Shown: positions 1-11,112, counted from the first letter of the stretch. The stretch: 64,000 nucleotides of DNA from Desulfovibrionaceae bacterium (GCA_009773665.1 WSYE01000011.1:1767-65766); one strand, 5' to 3'. Made by a program: numbers and translations. Notes: a model not told the origin generated them from the sequence alone.

Positions 1-716
1 ACGAGGCGCCCCATGGCGCGGGCATGCTCCGGGCTGTGGGCCACTATCAGCAGCTTGTGCCGGGCATGGAAGCCGCTGATGGCGGCCATGGTGCAGGTTC
101 CGGGACGGGCGCAGGCGGCGGACACCTCCCGCCAGGAGCGCAGCACGAAGATGCGCTCGATGAAGTTCTCGCGCAGGCGTGCGTCCAGCAGACGGCCTTC
201 TTCTTCTACGGGCAGCAGCGGGAAGCGCTCCATGAAGGCTTTGGCGAACAGGCCCACGCCCTTGTGGATGGCCATGCCGCCCTTCTCGGAATAGACCTTC
301 ACCCGCGTCATGCCAGAAGAAGGCGACTTGCTCTTGAAGATGAAGCCGCACAGATTCTCAGCGGCCAGCTCGTCCGCGCGTTTCTTGGCCCAGGCGGCCA
401 TGATGGGGGTAAGATCCCGTCCGGTCTTGGTGGTGATCAGCTTCGGTGCTTCGGGGTCGCCCACCAGACGCATGGATTCGCGCGGCACGCCGAAACCGGC
501 CTCCACCTCCGGACAGACCGGGACGAACTCCACGTAGCGTCCGAGCTCTCCGGTTATCCAGCGGTCGTGCTTGTGGCCGCCGTCGAAGCGTACGGGGCGA
601 CCCAGCAGGCAGGAGCTGACGCCCAGGCGGATGGGCTTTTCGCCTGGTTGGCCCGCGCCCTGGAAAGGTGTCCGGGCTCCGGTGAGGTCCCCGGATGACT
701 GGTCTGCGGCGCTCAT
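1..716 (-). CDS. DUF523/DUF1722 (YbbK/YbgA; 2-thiouracil desulfurase-like) protein, 3'-truncated by window edge
   Basis: Not in ORF track. Manual translation from ATG at 716: ...KPIRLGVSSCLLGRPVRFDGGHK...VPVCPEVEAGFGVPRE...FIFKSKSPSSG...EEEGRL...ENFIERIF...FHARHKL, typical DUF523 then DUF1722 motifs. Confidence 0.85.
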   Translation of the reverse strand, partial: MSAADQSSGDLTGARTPFQGAGQPGEKPIRLGVSSCLLGRPVRFDGGHKHDRWITGELGRYVEFVPVCPEVEAGFGVPRESMRLVGDPEAPKLITTKTGRDLTPIMAAWAKKRADELAAENLCGFIFKSKSPSSGMTRVKVYSEKGGMAIHKGVGLFAKAFMERFPLLPVEEEGRLLDARLRENFIERIFVLRSWREVSAACARPGTCTMAAISGFHARHKLLIVAHSPEHARAMGRL

Positions 717-732
717 CTGTGTTTCGGCGTGG

Positions 733-1932
733 TCAGGCATCCGGTCCTTCCGTCTGTCCGCTCTTTGCGGCTTCGGCCTTGGCGGCGTCGTACACGGGCA
801 TGGTCACCACGCAGCGGGTGCCGTGCCCTTCCAGCGGGGCCAGGGTGATGTTGCCGAAGTACTTGCTGGCGATCACCCGGGCCATGGGCAGCCCGAAGCC
901 CGTGGCCGTGGGCTGGGAGGAGTGAAACGGGCTGAAGGCCTGGCCCATCTTATCCTGGTCGAAGCTCGTGCCGTTGTTAATTATGGTGATCATGGCGAAG
1001 CCGTCCTTGGTGGTGCTCGGCACGGACGTCACGCTGATGTTGGGGTTCTGCTGGTCTGCGTACTGGAAGGCGTTTTCCAGCAGGCAGGCGAACAGGATGC
1101 ACAGCTCCAGCGGGTCGCCGGAAAGCACGTCGGCCTCAGGCGAGAGGAACACCTTGAGCGCCGAGGCGGGCACGGGGCTTGTGGCCAGGATCTTTTCCGT
1201 GGCGCGGGCGATCAGCACGGAGAGCTCGGCCCGGTGGAACATGGCTTGGTGCTGGGTGATATCCATGTAGGCGTTGACGTTTTTGGCCATGCGCTCCAGG
1301 CGCACCGCCTCGGACAGGATGACCTCGGCAATCTCGCGGGTTGCGTCGTCGCCCTGGTGCATCTTCAGCAGTTTGCGGGCGCTGCCGCCGATGATCGACA
1401 CCGGGTTTCGCACCTGGTGCGAGATGCCCTGGATGACCTCCAGTTCGCACTGGGTGGCGAAGGTGACGAAGGCGTCGGTCTCGATGAGCATGGAGAAGTC
1501 CACGGCCCGGTCGAGGGCGGTGATGGCCTGGGGCTGCTCGGTGACGGGCAGGCCGGTGATGGCCACCTCGTGCATGAAGGCCCGCGCCAGGTTGTAGGCC
1601 AGGCTGACGTGGCGGTGGTCCACGTTGTGGATCACGTGGGCCTGTCCGCTCATCCAGACGTGGGTCATGAACTCGTCGCCCATGCCCGCCGTGAAGATCA
1701 GGGTGTGCCAGTTGCTCCAGTTCCTGTTCAGCTTGCCCAGGGGCTGGTTCTCCAGGATGATGCGCAGCTGCGGCCTGGAGCGGACAAACTCTTCGATGCG
1801 GTTGGCCAGTTCGGCTCCCCTGGGCAGGAACACGTCGGCCCATTTGCCGAGGGACTTCTCATGCTTCCCGGTGAGTCCGAGAAGCTCCTTGAATTGAATC
1901 ATGCGGTCTTGCGGAACCGGCAGAAAGGCCAT
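733..1932 (-). CDS. Globin-coupled (protoglobin-type) sensor histidine kinase
   Basis: N-terminal globin-sensor-like helical domain (VWMSGQAHVIHNVDHRHV, candidate proximal His); H-box ISHQVRNP, N-box LLENAFQY, G2 TGFGLP; start set at ATG 1932 behind AAGGAGAG. Confidence 0.75.
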   Translation of the reverse strand: MAFLPVPQDRMIQFKELLGLTGKHEKSLGKWADVFLPRGAELANRIEEFVRSRPQLRIILENQPLGKLNRNWSNWHTLIFTAGMGDEFMTHVWMSGQAHVIHNVDHRHVSLAYNLARAFMHEVAITGLPVTEQPQAITALDRAVDFSMLIETDAFVTFATQCELEVIQGISHQVRNPVSIIGGSARKLLKMHQGDDATREIAEVILSEAVRLERMAKNVNAYMDITQHQAMFHRAELSVLIARATEKILATSPVPASALKVFLSPEADVLSGDPLELCILFACLLENAFQYADQQNPNISVTSVPSTTKDGFAMITIINNGTSFDQDKMGQAFSPFHSSQPTATGFGLPMARVIASKYFGNITLAPLEGHGTRCVVTMPVYDAAKAEAAKSGQTEGPDA

Positions 1933-2010
1933 GCGCTCTCCTTGCATTGGCGGGTGGAAGACGATACTCAGCCCTTCCTTACGACATTTCCAGGGAATGT
2001 GAAATACCAG

Positions 2011-2634
2011 ATGCATACTTGCCAACTACGCGGCATTTTGCTCGATTTCGGCGGCGTCCTGGCCGAGGAAGGCTTCGCCGAGGGCATGAAGGCCATCGCC
2101 CGCGAGAACGGGCTGGACGAGGCCGTCATCTGGCGCGCGGGCCTTGCGGCCGTATGGGACAGCGGGTACGTGTCCGGCAGGTCGGATGAGGCCGGATTCT
2201 GGCGGCTCTTCAAGGAGCGCACCGGCCTTGTCGGCGACGAGGCCCTCTGGCGGGAAGACATCCTCTCGCGCTTCACCGTGCGGTCCTGGATGCCCCCGAT
2301 CATCACGCGCCTTCGCGACCTGGGCGTGACCACGGCCATCCTGTCCGACCAGACGGACTGGCTGGCGTTGCTGGATTCCCGCCAGGATTTTTTCAAGTAT
2401 TTCGAGGTTGTCCTGAACAGCTACCATCACGGCATGACCAAGCAGGAGCCTGCGTTCTTCCTGCTGGCCCTGCGCGAGACAGGCTTAACGCCCGAGAACA
2501 CGCTGTTCGTGGACGACAACCCCGGTAACGTGGAGCGCGCCCGCGCCCTGGGCCTCAAGGCCCATCTCTACCTGGACCGTGAAGGCTTCGAGGCCGAGAT
2601 CGCCCGGCTGTGCCCCGAGGCGCTTGGCCGATAG
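2011..2634 (+). CDS. HAD-family phosphatase
   Basis: Motif I LLDFGGVL, motif II ILSD, motif IV FVDDNPGN; only the C-terminal part of the 571..2634 ORF is credible. Confidence 0.85.
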   Translation: MHTCQLRGILLDFGGVLAEEGFAEGMKAIARENGLDEAVIWRAGLAAVWDSGYVSGRSDEAGFWRLFKERTGLVGDEALWREDILSRFTVRSWMPPIITRLRDLGVTTAILSDQTDWLALLDSRQDFFKYFEVVLNSYHHGMTKQEPAFFLLALRETGLTPENTLFVDDNPGNVERARALGLKAHLYLDREGFEAEIARLCPEALGR

Positions 2635-2735
2635 AGATGCGTTTTTGAAAAACATGCCCAGGTTTTGAGAACGCCACACGAGCCACAACAACTCCGAATC
2701 GACAGATTACGACACCTATTCGAAGGATAGACCGC

Positions 2736-3380
2736 ATGCATAAGCCGTACGTCTCGCTCACTCCCGAGGGCTGCCCCTCCATCCTGCTGGCAGGCTCCGC
2801 CACGCTGGTGTTCGCGCTGCTGGGCTGGGCGATCCCCGCTGTGCTGGGGCTGGTTGTTCTGGCGCTGCTCCTGAACTTCTTCCGCGATCCCGAGCGCTTC
2901 GTGCCTCATGAGCCGAACCTTGCCGTGGCCCCGGCCGACGGTAAAGTGATCATCGTAGCCCCGGCCACCGACCCCATGACTGGCGAGGAGCGCACCCGCG
3001 TGTGCATCTTCATGAACGTGTTCAACGTGCACGTGAATCGCGCCTGCGTGGCCGGAACAGTCAGCGCCATGCGCTACTGGGAAGGAAAATTCATAAACGC
3101 AAGCTTCGACAAGGCCTCCTCGGACAACGAGCGCCTGGCCGTGCAGATCGCCGAGAAGGACGGCTCCACCTGGACCATGGTGCAGATCGCGGGGCTCATC
3201 GCCCGTCGCATCATCCCCTGGGCTCAGAAGGGCGACACGGTCGAGCGCGGGCAGCGCTACGGCATGATCAAGTTCGGCTCACGGGTTGACGTGTACCTCC
3301 CGCAGGGCTATCAAACATGCGTAACAGTCGGCACGCGCACCGCTGCCGGTCAGACGGTCATCGCGAAGCGCTACGAGTAA
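2736..3380 (+). CDS. psd: Phosphatidylserine decarboxylase proenzyme
   Basis: FFRDPER, FMNVFNVHVNR, IKFGSRVD self-cleavage motif; adjacent to pssA. Confidence 0.95.
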   Translation: MHKPYVSLTPEGCPSILLAGSATLVFALLGWAIPAVLGLVVLALLLNFFRDPERFVPHEPNLAVAPADGKVIIVAPATDPMTGEERTRVCIFMNVFNVHVNRACVAGTVSAMRYWEGKFINASFDKASSDNERLAVQIAEKDGSTWTMVQIAGLIARRIIPWAQKGDTVERGQRYGMIKFGSRVDVYLPQGYQTCVTVGTRTAAGQTVIAKRYE

Positions 3381-3387
3381 CCACACC

Positions 3388-4149
3388 ATGGACGAACCCG
3401 TTCGCAAGCCTCCAGCGCGGGGAGTGTACATACTCCCCAACCTGATCACCACCGCCAGCCTCTTCTCAGGCTTTATGGGAATCCTGTGGGCCATCTCCGG
3501 GCAGTTCGAGAACTGCGCCGTGGCCATCCTGGTCAGCTGCGTGCTGGACGGGCTGGACGGCAAGGTGGCCCGCATGACCAACACCAGCTCCGACTTCGGC
3601 GTGCAGTTCGACTCCCTGTGCGATCTGGTGGCCTTCGGCGTTTCCCCGGCCATCATGGTGTACCAGTGGGAGCTGTCGCGCTTCGGGCACCTGGGGCTCA
3701 TGGCCTCCTTCCTGCTGGTGGCCTGCGGGGCTCTGCGGCTGGCGCGCTTCAACATCATCACCAAGACCGCCAACAAGAAGTTCTTCGTGGGCCTGCCCAT
3801 CCCGGCCCAGGCCTGCACCGTGGCCACCTTCTACCTGTTCGCGCAGTATCTGCCCTTGGACTGGCAGGCCTACATGCCCAAGGTGTGCCTGGGCATGGTG
3901 TACGTCCTGTCCTTCCTCATGGTCAGCCGGGTGCGCTACGCATCCTTCAAAGAATACGGGCTCATAAAGGCCCACCCGTTCTCCATGATGGTCACGGCCA
4001 TCCTGCTCTTCGTGCTGGTGGCCTCGCAGCCCAAGCTGCTGGGCTTCTTGATCTTCGCGGGCTACATCCTATCCGGCATCATCTACACCTATCTGATCTT
4101 GCCCCGGCGCGCGGCCGTTCGCGAACCAAGCGAAGAGCTGCCGTCCTGA
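3388..4149 (+). CDS. pssA: CDP-diacylglycerol--serine O-phosphatidyltransferase
   Basis: LPNLIT, DGLDGKVARMTNTSSDFGVQFDSLCD CDP-alcohol phosphotransferase motif, RLARFN. Confidence 0.95.
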   Translation: MDEPVRKPPARGVYILPNLITTASLFSGFMGILWAISGQFENCAVAILVSCVLDGLDGKVARMTNTSSDFGVQFDSLCDLVAFGVSPAIMVYQWELSRFGHLGLMASFLLVACGALRLARFNIITKTANKKFFVGLPIPAQACTVATFYLFAQYLPLDWQAYMPKVCLGMVYVLSFLMVSRVRYASFKEYGLIKAHPFSMMVTAILLFVLVASQPKLLGFLIFAGYILSGIIYTYLILPRRAAVREPSEELPS

Positions 4150-4261
4150 TTCCGCCCGATTTTTTTGCGATTTAGGCAATTGTCAACCGGAAGCGTCTTG
4201 GGCTAACAGAGCGCTTCCGGTCTTTGCCCACACCCCGTTTCACCCACACCGGAGGAACACC

Positions 4262-5797
4262 ATGTCCGAGCGTGTCGTGATTTTCGACACCACCCTGCGC
4301 GACGGCGAGCAGTCTCCCGGCGCAACCATGAACCAGGACGAGAAGCTCCGCCTCGCCCGGCAATTGGAAATACTCGGGGTGGACGTGATCGAGGCGGGAT
4401 TCCCCGCCGCCAGCGAAGGCGACTTCCAGGCCGTCAAGGCCATCGCCGCCGCCGTCAAGGGCGTGCAGGTGGCCGGACTCTGCCGGGCGCTGGCTTCCGA
4501 CATCACCCGCTGCTTCGAGGCCATCAAGGGCGCGCAAAACCCGCGCATCCACACCTTCCTGGCCACCTCCCCGCTGCACATGCACCACAAGCTGAACAAA
4601 TCGCCCGAGCAGGTGCTGGAGATGCTCCAGGCCGGGGTGACCCTGGCCGCGTCGCTCACGCCCAACGTGGAGTTCTCCTGCGAGGACGCCTCGCGTTCCG
4701 AGCGCGATTTTCTGGCCGTGGCCGTGGAGAAGGCCATCGCCTGCGGGGCCACCACCATAAACATCCCGGACACCGTGGGCTACGCCCAGCCCCAGGAATT
4801 CTACGACCTGATAAAGTTCCTGCTGGCCACTGTGCCGAACGCCTCCAAGGCCGTTTTTAGCGTGCACTGCCACAACGACCTGGGGCTTGCAGCCGCCAAC
4901 ACCCTGGCCGCCCTAGCCGCAGGCGCGAGACAGGCCGAGGTGACCCTGTGCGGCATCGGTGAGCGCGCTGGCAACGCCTCGCTCGAGGAAGTGGTCATGG
5001 CCTTGAAGACCCGCGCCTGCCTGTACAATCTTGAGACCGGCGTGAAGGGCGAGCAAATCTATCCTTCCTCGCGTCTTCTTTCCATGATCATCGGCCAGCC
5101 TATCCCGCCCTACAAGCCCATCATCGGCGGCAACGCCTTTGCCCACGAATCCGGCATCCATCAGGCCGGGGTGCTCAAATGCCCCGAGACCTACGAGATC
5201 ATGACGCCCCAGTCCGTGGGCCGCGCCGGAAACGAGATGGTGCTCGGCAAGCACTCAGGCAGAAACGCCGTGAAGGCCCGCCTGGAGGAGCTCGGCTTCG
5301 CCCTCACCGAGGAGCAGGTCACCCAGATGACCGAAGCCGTGAAGCAGTTGGCCGACAAGAAAAAGAATATCTTTTCCGAGGACCTGGAAGCCCTGGTGCT
5401 CGAAGACATCTACCGCCTGCCCGACAAGTACAAGCTTCGCAAACTCTCGGTGCTCTCCGGCAACATGGGCGTGGAGCCTGTTGCCGCCGTGGTTCTCGAA
5501 GTTGACGGGCGGGAGGAGAAGCTGTCCAGTTTCGGCGTCGGCCCAGTCGATGCCGTGTTCAACACCATCAGCCAACTCACGGGCCGAAGCCCAGTGCTCA
5601 AGCAGTACGCGGTCAACGCCATCACGGGCGGCACGGACGCCCAGGGCGAAGTCACCGTGCGCCTGGAAGAGGGCGGACACAAATCCGTGGGCCGGGGCTC
5701 GGACGGCGACGTCATCGTCGCCAGCGCCAAGGCCTACGTCAACGCCCTCAACCGGTTGGCCAAAAAGGAGGAAGAGAGGGAATGCGCCACACTTTAG
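4262..5797 (+). CDS. leuA: 2-isopropylmalate synthase
   Basis: IFDTTLRDGEQSPG, HCHNDLG, GIGERAGN, HESGIHQ, C-terminal regulatory domain. Confidence 0.95.
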   Translation: MSERVVIFDTTLRDGEQSPGATMNQDEKLRLARQLEILGVDVIEAGFPAASEGDFQAVKAIAAAVKGVQVAGLCRALASDITRCFEAIKGAQNPRIHTFLATSPLHMHHKLNKSPEQVLEMLQAGVTLAASLTPNVEFSCEDASRSERDFLAVAVEKAIACGATTINIPDTVGYAQPQEFYDLIKFLLATVPNASKAVFSVHCHNDLGLAAANTLAALAAGARQAEVTLCGIGERAGNASLEEVVMALKTRACLYNLETGVKGEQIYPSSRLLSMIIGQPIPPYKPIIGGNAFAHESGIHQAGVLKCPETYEIMTPQSVGRAGNEMVLGKHSGRNAVKARLEELGFALTEEQVTQMTEAVKQLADKKKNIFSEDLEALVLEDIYRLPDKYKLRKLSVLSGNMGVEPVAAVVLEVDGREEKLSSFGVGPVDAVFNTISQLTGRSPVLKQYAVNAITGGTDAQGEVTVRLEEGGHKSVGRGSDGDVIVASAKAYVNALNRLAKKEEERECATL

Positions 5798-7041
5798 CCC
5801 AAAAAATCCTGCAGGGCCGCACCAGCGAGACCATCACCCAGGACGGACAGATCGTCCGCTGCAAGGTGAGCCTCGTGCTGGCCAACGACATCACCGCGCC
5901 GCTGGCCATCAAGAGCTTCAACAAGATGGACGCGGACACGGTCTTTGACAAGGACAAGATAGCCCTGGTCTGCGACCACTTCACGCCCAACAAGGACATC
6001 GACTCCGCCGAGCAGGTCAAGGTGGTGCGTGAGTTCGCCAAGGCCCACAACATAACCCACTACTACGAAGGCGGCGACTGCGGCGTGGAACACGCCCTGC
6101 TGCCCGAGATCGGCCTGGTGGGCCCCGGCGATGTGGTCGTCGGCGCGGATTCGCACACCTGCACCTACGGCGGCCTGGGCGCGTTCGCCACGGGCATGGG
6201 CTCCACGGACATCGCCGCAGCCATGGTGCTGGGCGAGACCTGGTTCAAAGTCCCCCCCACCATCCGCGTGGTGCTGAACGGCAAGTTGCCCCAGTATGTG
6301 GGTGGCAAGGACATCATCCTGGAGGTCATTGGCCAGCTCGGCGTGTCCGGCGCGCTCTACAAAGCGTTGGAGTTCGCGGGTCCCGTGGTCTCGGAGCTGT
6401 CCATCGAGCAGCGCCTGTGCATGGCCAACATGGCCATCGAGGCTGGCGGCAAGGCCGGTCTGTTCCCGGTGGACGCCAAGACCCTGGCCTACGCCAAGGC
6501 CGCAGGGCGCACCGGCGACGTGGAGATGGTCGCCGACGAGGGCGCGCATTACGAGCGCGAGCTGGTCATCGACTGCTCCACGCTCACCCCGCGCGTGGCC
6601 TGCCCGCACCTGCCCGACAACGTGAAGCCTGTGGACGAGGTTACTGGCGTGCGCATCGACCAGTCCATCATAGGCTCCTGCACCAACGGTCGCATCGAGG
6701 ACATGCGCGAAGCCGCAGCCGTGCTCAAGGGCCGCAAGGTTGCCAAGCACGTGCGCTGCATCGTTCTGCCCGCCACGCCCTCCATCTGGAAGCAGGCGCT
6801 CAAGGAAGGGCTGTTGGAAATCTTCATGGACTCCGGCTGCATTGTTGGCCCGCCCACCTGCGGACCCTGCCTGGGCGGCCACATGGGCATCCTGGCTGCG
6901 GGCGAGCGCTCCATCGCCACCACCAACCGCAACTTCAAGGGCCGCATGGGCTCCCTGGAGAGCGAGGTGTACCTGTCCAACCCGGCCGTGGCCGCCGCTT
7001 CGGCCATCGCGGGTGAAATCATCCACCCCGGCAAGCTGTAA
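5782..7041 (+). CDS. leuC: 3-isopropylmalate dehydratase large subunit
   Basis: [32 protein letters not shown]. Confidence 0.95.
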   Translation: MRHTLAQKILQGRTSETITQDGQIVRCKVSLVLANDITAPLAIKSFNKMDADTVFDKDKIALVCDHFTPNKDIDSAEQVKVVREFAKAHNITHYYEGGDCGVEHALLPEIGLVGPGDVVVGADSHTCTYGGLGAFATGMGSTDIAAAMVLGETWFKVPPTIRVVLNGKLPQYVGGKDIILEVIGQLGVSGALYKALEFAGPVVSELSIEQRLCMANMAIEAGGKAGLFPVDAKTLAYAKAAGRTGDVEMVADEGAHYERELVIDCSTLTPRVACPHLPDNVKPVDEVTGVRIDQSIIGSCTNGRIEDMREAAAVLKGRKVAKHVRCIVLPATPSIWKQALKEGLLEIFMDSGCIVGPPTCGPCLGGHMGILAAGERSIATTNRNFKGRMGSLESEVYLSNPAVAAASAIAGEIIHPGKL

Positions 7042-7048
7042 GAGGATC

Positions 7049-7546
7049 ATGAACATGTACAAGGGACGCGCGCATAAAGTCGGCGCTCATATCGATACGG
7101 ACGCCATCATCCCGGCCCGCTTCCTGGTGACCACGGACACCGAGGTGCTGGGAAGCAACTGCATGGAAGGCCTGGAGGCCGGTTGGGTGAAGCGGGTGAA
7201 GAAGGGCGACATCATGGTCGCCGGGGAGAACTTCGGGTGCGGCAGCTCCCGTGAGCACGCCCCCCTGGCCATCATCGGCGCGGGAATCCCCGTGGTGGTG
7301 GCCCACAGCTACGCCCGTATCTTCTACCGCAACGGCTTCAACATGGGGCTCATCCTGCTTGAAATCGGCGACGACGTGAAGAAGATCGAGGACGGCGACG
7401 ACCTGGAAGTGGACGTCATCAAGGGCGTCATCAAGAACATCACCTCCGGCGACGTGATCAAGACCTCGCCGGTTCCCCCCTTTATGCAGGAGATCCTGGA
7501 TAAAGGCGGGCTGGTCAACTACGTGAAGGACCGCAAGAAAGCCTAG
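7049..7546 (+). CDS. leuD: 3-isopropylmalate dehydratase small subunit
   Basis: [28 protein letters not shown]; ATG 7049 after AGAGGA. Confidence 0.95.
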   Translation: MNMYKGRAHKVGAHIDTDAIIPARFLVTTDTEVLGSNCMEGLEAGWVKRVKKGDIMVAGENFGCGSSREHAPLAIIGAGIPVVVAHSYARIFYRNGFNMGLILLEIGDDVKKIEDGDDLEVDVIKGVIKNITSGDVIKTSPVPPFMQEILDKGGLVNYVKDRKKA

Positions 7547-7568
7547 CGCAGGCGGTTCTATGATTGTT

Positions 7569-7600
7569 AAAGGCCGCCTACGGGCGGCCTTTATTTGTTT
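7569..7600 (+). terminator. Rho-independent terminator after leuD
   Basis: AAAGGCCGCC-TACG-GGCGGCCTTT followed by T-rich tract. Confidence 0.8.
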
Positions 7601-7680
7601 ATGAGCCGAGTTGCGGCCTCGAACCCTCTGCCTCCAGAGACCCCGCTTGACGACATGCCCCCCCCGTGTGAATTTAAAGG

Positions 7681-9573
7681 ATGCCAACAGCCATGTCCCG
7701 ACGAGCTTCGAACACGTTCATCCGCTGGATGATTCTCTGCCTCGGCCTGGCGGCTCTCGGGGCAGCCATCGGCGCGAACCTGTATCAGATTCGGGACGAC
7801 CTCACCAAACGCGAGCAAGAGCGCCTGCTGTTCCTCACCGGGATCGTTCAGAAGATCACCGAAGAAAACCTGATTGCGCTTGATGCTGTGCTCTCGGACC
7901 TGGTCCAGGATCAGGTTCAAGGCGATGTGGATCGGGACATCAACCAACGTCTCGTCACCCTCACCGACGCGCTGAGCGGGGTGCGCGCCCTGTCTGTCCA
8001 GGACGCGCAGGGCGTAGTCCGGGCCTGCAACCGACCGGAACTGCTCGGTCGGGATCTGAGCGAGCGCGATTACTTCCAGCGGGCTAGAACAAAACCGGCT
8101 TCGGAGACGTTGCAGGTTTCCATGCCGTTCGTGACCGTGCTGGGCGTATACTCCATCAACCTGGCAAGGGTGGTCCCCGGACCGCAGGGCGAATTCGCAG
8201 GATTCGTGATCGCCACCCTGGACCCGCAGTTTTTTGCCCCACTGCTGAACTCCGTGCTCTATGCCCCGGACATGCGTGCCTTCATGGCCCATGGAGAGGG
8301 TCTGCTTTTCCTGATCGCTCCAGAGCGCGAAGGCATGGCCGGAGTTGACCTAGCCCAGCCGGGTAGTTTTTTCTCCCGGCATCGCGAAGGCGGCCAGGAG
8401 GCCGACGTGTTTTTGGGCACGTCGCTCGTGACAGGGGAGGAGCGCATGCTGGCCATGCGCATCATCCGTCCGGCCACGCTGAACATGAGCAGCCCGCTTA
8501 TTGTGGCCATCGACCGCGATCCATCCCGGATTTACGAGCAGTGGCACAAGGACGCGCTCTGGCAGGGGGGGCTGTACGTGCTGGCCACTCTGCTCAGCGT
8601 GATCGGATTCGGCATCTACCAGCGGCAGCGGAGCAGGCACGAGCGGGCCATGGCCGATGCCCACCGGCACCTGGAGGACAGCGAGCGCTTCTTCCGCATG
8701 ATAACGGACAACATCCCGGGTATGGTGGCCTACTGGGACCAGGATTTACGCTGCAAATACGCCAACAAGGCATACCAGGAGTGGTTCGGCAGATCGATGG
8801 TGGAAATGCGGGGCATCGGCCTGCTGGATTTGCTGGGGGAGGCCTTGTTCCATAGGAACGAACCGCACATCCTCGCCGCTCTGAAGGGCGAACAGCAGCT
8901 TTTCGAACGAACCTACACCAAAGTGGACGACAGTGAGAGAGCTACCATAGCCCGCTACATCCCCGATGTTGAGGGCGGGGAGGTGAAGGGTTTTTTCGTG
9001 CTGGTCACCGACGTCACGGAACTCAAGACAATACAGAGGGAACTGGAGAGCAGGGTCAAGGAACTGAACATCCTGGCCGCCACTGACTCGTTGACCGGCA
9101 TCGGCAACCGCCGCCATTTCCTGGAACGCGCTGAGGACGAAATGGCCAGGAGCCATCGCTACGGCCTTCCCCTGGTATTCCTCATGATCGACATCGACCA
9201 CTTCAAGGACATAAATGACAAGCATGGCCACGATACGGGTGACGACGTCCTCAGATCAATGGCCGTGACGTTGCAGCACACCATGCGCACCACGGACATA
9301 GTAGGTCGCCTGGGCGGCGAAGAGTTCGGAGTGTTGCTCATTCAGACTGAAGTGAACGAGGCGCTTCTCATAGCAGAGCGCCTGCTGAAGGCCCTGCAAA
9401 GCGTGTGCATTCTGACGAAAACCGGATCGATTTGTTATACGGTAAGCATCGGCTTGTCGGCGTATGAAGGTAAGGACGAGTCGATGGAGCCGCTCATGAA
9501 GCGCGCCGACCTCGCACTGTATCACGCCAAGGAAACCGGGCGCAACAAGGTGTGCTGCTTCGGCGATTTCTAA
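7681..9573 (+). CDS. Diguanylate cyclase (TM-dCache-TM-PAS-GGDEF)
   Basis: Two TM segments flanking a Cache-like domain (DLSERDYF), PAS (YWDQDLRCKYANKAY), RTTD I-site + GGEEF. Confidence 0.9.
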   Translation: MPTAMSRRASNTFIRWMILCLGLAALGAAIGANLYQIRDDLTKREQERLLFLTGIVQKITEENLIALDAVLSDLVQDQVQGDVDRDINQRLVTLTDALSGVRALSVQDAQGVVRACNRPELLGRDLSERDYFQRARTKPASETLQVSMPFVTVLGVYSINLARVVPGPQGEFAGFVIATLDPQFFAPLLNSVLYAPDMRAFMAHGEGLLFLIAPEREGMAGVDLAQPGSFFSRHREGGQEADVFLGTSLVTGEERMLAMRIIRPATLNMSSPLIVAIDRDPSRIYEQWHKDALWQGGLYVLATLLSVIGFGIYQRQRSRHERAMADAHRHLEDSERFFRMITDNIPGMVAYWDQDLRCKYANKAYQEWFGRSMVEMRGIGLLDLLGEALFHRNEPHILAALKGEQQLFERTYTKVDDSERATIARYIPDVEGGEVKGFFVLVTDVTELKTIQRELESRVKELNILAATDSLTGIGNRRHFLERAEDEMARSHRYGLPLVFLMIDIDHFKDINDKHGHDTGDDVLRSMAVTLQHTMRTTDIVGRLGGEEFGVLLIQTEVNEALLIAERLLKALQSVCILTKTGSICYTVSIGLSAYEGKDESMEPLMKRADLALYHAKETGRNKVCCFGDF

Positions 9574-9595
9574 GGGGGAGACATCCCCAGCCACG

Positions 9596-9739
9596 TCAGT
9601 CTTTGGCCTTCTCCAGCCCCCAGGCGGTCGCTCCGGCCAGCCCCGCCAGCAGCACGGCCTGCCTGAGCTCCATGTAGAAGAGCGCGGCCAGGGCGAACAC
9701 CCCGGCCGCGACGATCACTGCGCGAATCATTCCTTTCAT
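9596..9739 (-). CDS. Small hydrophobic membrane protein (47 aa)
   Basis: [47 protein letters not shown]; ATGA overlap with serS stop. Confidence 0.5.
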   Translation of the reverse strand: MKGMIRAVIVAAGVFALAALFYMELRQAVLLAGLAGATAWGLEKAKD

Positions 9740-11010
9740 TTGGGTGAAAGCACGGTCTGGCCGCCCATGTAGGGCACCAGCGCTTCCGGGATCACCACCG
9801 AGCCGTCGGCCTGCTGGCAATTCTCCAGGATGGCCACCATGGTGCGCCCCACGGCCAGGGCCGAGCCGTTCAGTGTGTGCGCCAGCTGCGACTTGCCACC
9901 CTTGGGTTTGAACCGGATTCCCGCGCGCCGGGCCTGGAAGTCCTCGAAGTTGGAGCAGGAGGAGATCTCGCGGTAGGCGTTCTGTCCTGGCAGCCAGACC
10001 TCGATGTCGTAGGTCTTGGCCGAGGAGAAGCCCAGGTCGCCGGTGCATAGTGCGATCACGCGATACGGCAGCTTCAGGCGCTTGAGCACCTCTTCGGCGT
10101 GGTTGGTCAGAAGCTCCAGCTGCTCGTAGGAGTCTTCGGGGCGGCAGAAACGCACCAGCTCCACCTTGTCGAACTGATGCTGGCGGATGAGCCCCTTGGT
10201 GTCCTTGCCGTAGGACCCGGCCTCGGAGCGGAAGCAGGGCGTGTAGGCGCAGTAGGCCCGGGGCAGGTCGGCCTCTTCCAGCGTCTCGTCGCGGTGCAGG
10301 TTGGTGACCGGCACTTCGGCGGTGGGGATCAGGTAGAAGTCCTTGAAATCGAGCTTGAAGAGGTCCTCGGCGAACTTGGGCAGCTGGCCGGTGCCGCGCA
10401 GGCTGTCGGAGTTGACGATGTAGGGCGTGGACACTTCCGTGTAGCCGTGCTGGCCGGTGTGCATGTCCAGCATGAAGGCGGCCAGGGCGCGTTCCAGCTT
10501 GGCCAGGTCGCCCCAGAGCACGGCGAAGCGCGCGCCGGTGAGCTTGGCGGCGCGGTCGAAGTCCAGGGTTCCCAAATTTTGGCCGATCTCCCAGTGCTCC
10601 TTGGGGGTGAAGCCGAAGTCCGGCTTATCGCCCACGGTGCGCATCACCGGGTTGTCGTTCTCGTCCTTGCCCACGGGGGTGGTGGCGTGGGGGACGTTGG
10701 GGATGGAGTACAGGAAGGCCTCGGACTCTTCGTCGGCCTTGCGCGCGCCCTCGTCCAGGGCCTTTATCTGTTCGGAGATGGCGGAGAGGCGCTCCATCAG
10801 GTGGGAGGCGTCCTGTCCGGCGCGTTTGAGCTTGGCGACCTCTCCGGAGGAGGCGTTGCGTTCGGTCTTGAGGGCTTCCACCTCGGTCAACAGGGAGCGG
10901 CGGGTTTCGTCCAGGCGCGAGAACTCGTCCAGGTCCAGTTTCATCTGGCGGTTGGCCAGGGCCTCACGGACCTGGTCCAGGTTCTTGCGAACGAAGCGCA
11001 CATCGAGCAT
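9736..11010 (-). CDS. serS: Serine--tRNA ligase
   Basis: N-terminal coiled coil, [38 protein letters not shown]. Confidence 0.97.
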   Translation of the reverse strand: MLDVRFVRKNLDQVREALANRQMKLDLDEFSRLDETRRSLLTEVEALKTERNASSGEVAKLKRAGQDASHLMERLSAISEQIKALDEGARKADEESEAFLYSIPNVPHATTPVGKDENDNPVMRTVGDKPDFGFTPKEHWEIGQNLGTLDFDRAAKLTGARFAVLWGDLAKLERALAAFMLDMHTGQHGYTEVSTPYIVNSDSLRGTGQLPKFAEDLFKLDFKDFYLIPTAEVPVTNLHRDETLEEADLPRAYCAYTPCFRSEAGSYGKDTKGLIRQHQFDKVELVRFCRPEDSYEQLELLTNHAEEVLKRLKLPYRVIALCTGDLGFSSAKTYDIEVWLPGQNAYREISSCSNFEDFQARRAGIRFKPKGGKSQLAHTLNGSALAVGRTMVAILENCQQADGSVVIPEALVPYMGGQTVLSPK

Positions 11011-11112
11011 TGGCGGCCTCCGGGGAGCTTGTGTATGGTGGCCGGGGTCTTACGCCGGGGCCAGTTTCGGGTCAAGCGGGCAAGACATCCCAGTACCAGC
11101 AAGGAGGCGCTT

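Noticed and set aside
571-2010. Apparent long N-terminal extension of the HAD phosphatase (687-aa ORF); likewise the extensions on cinA (10099), dapF (23245) and leuD (6740)
   Set aside because: Extensions overlap genuine genes; family motifs begin at the internal starts
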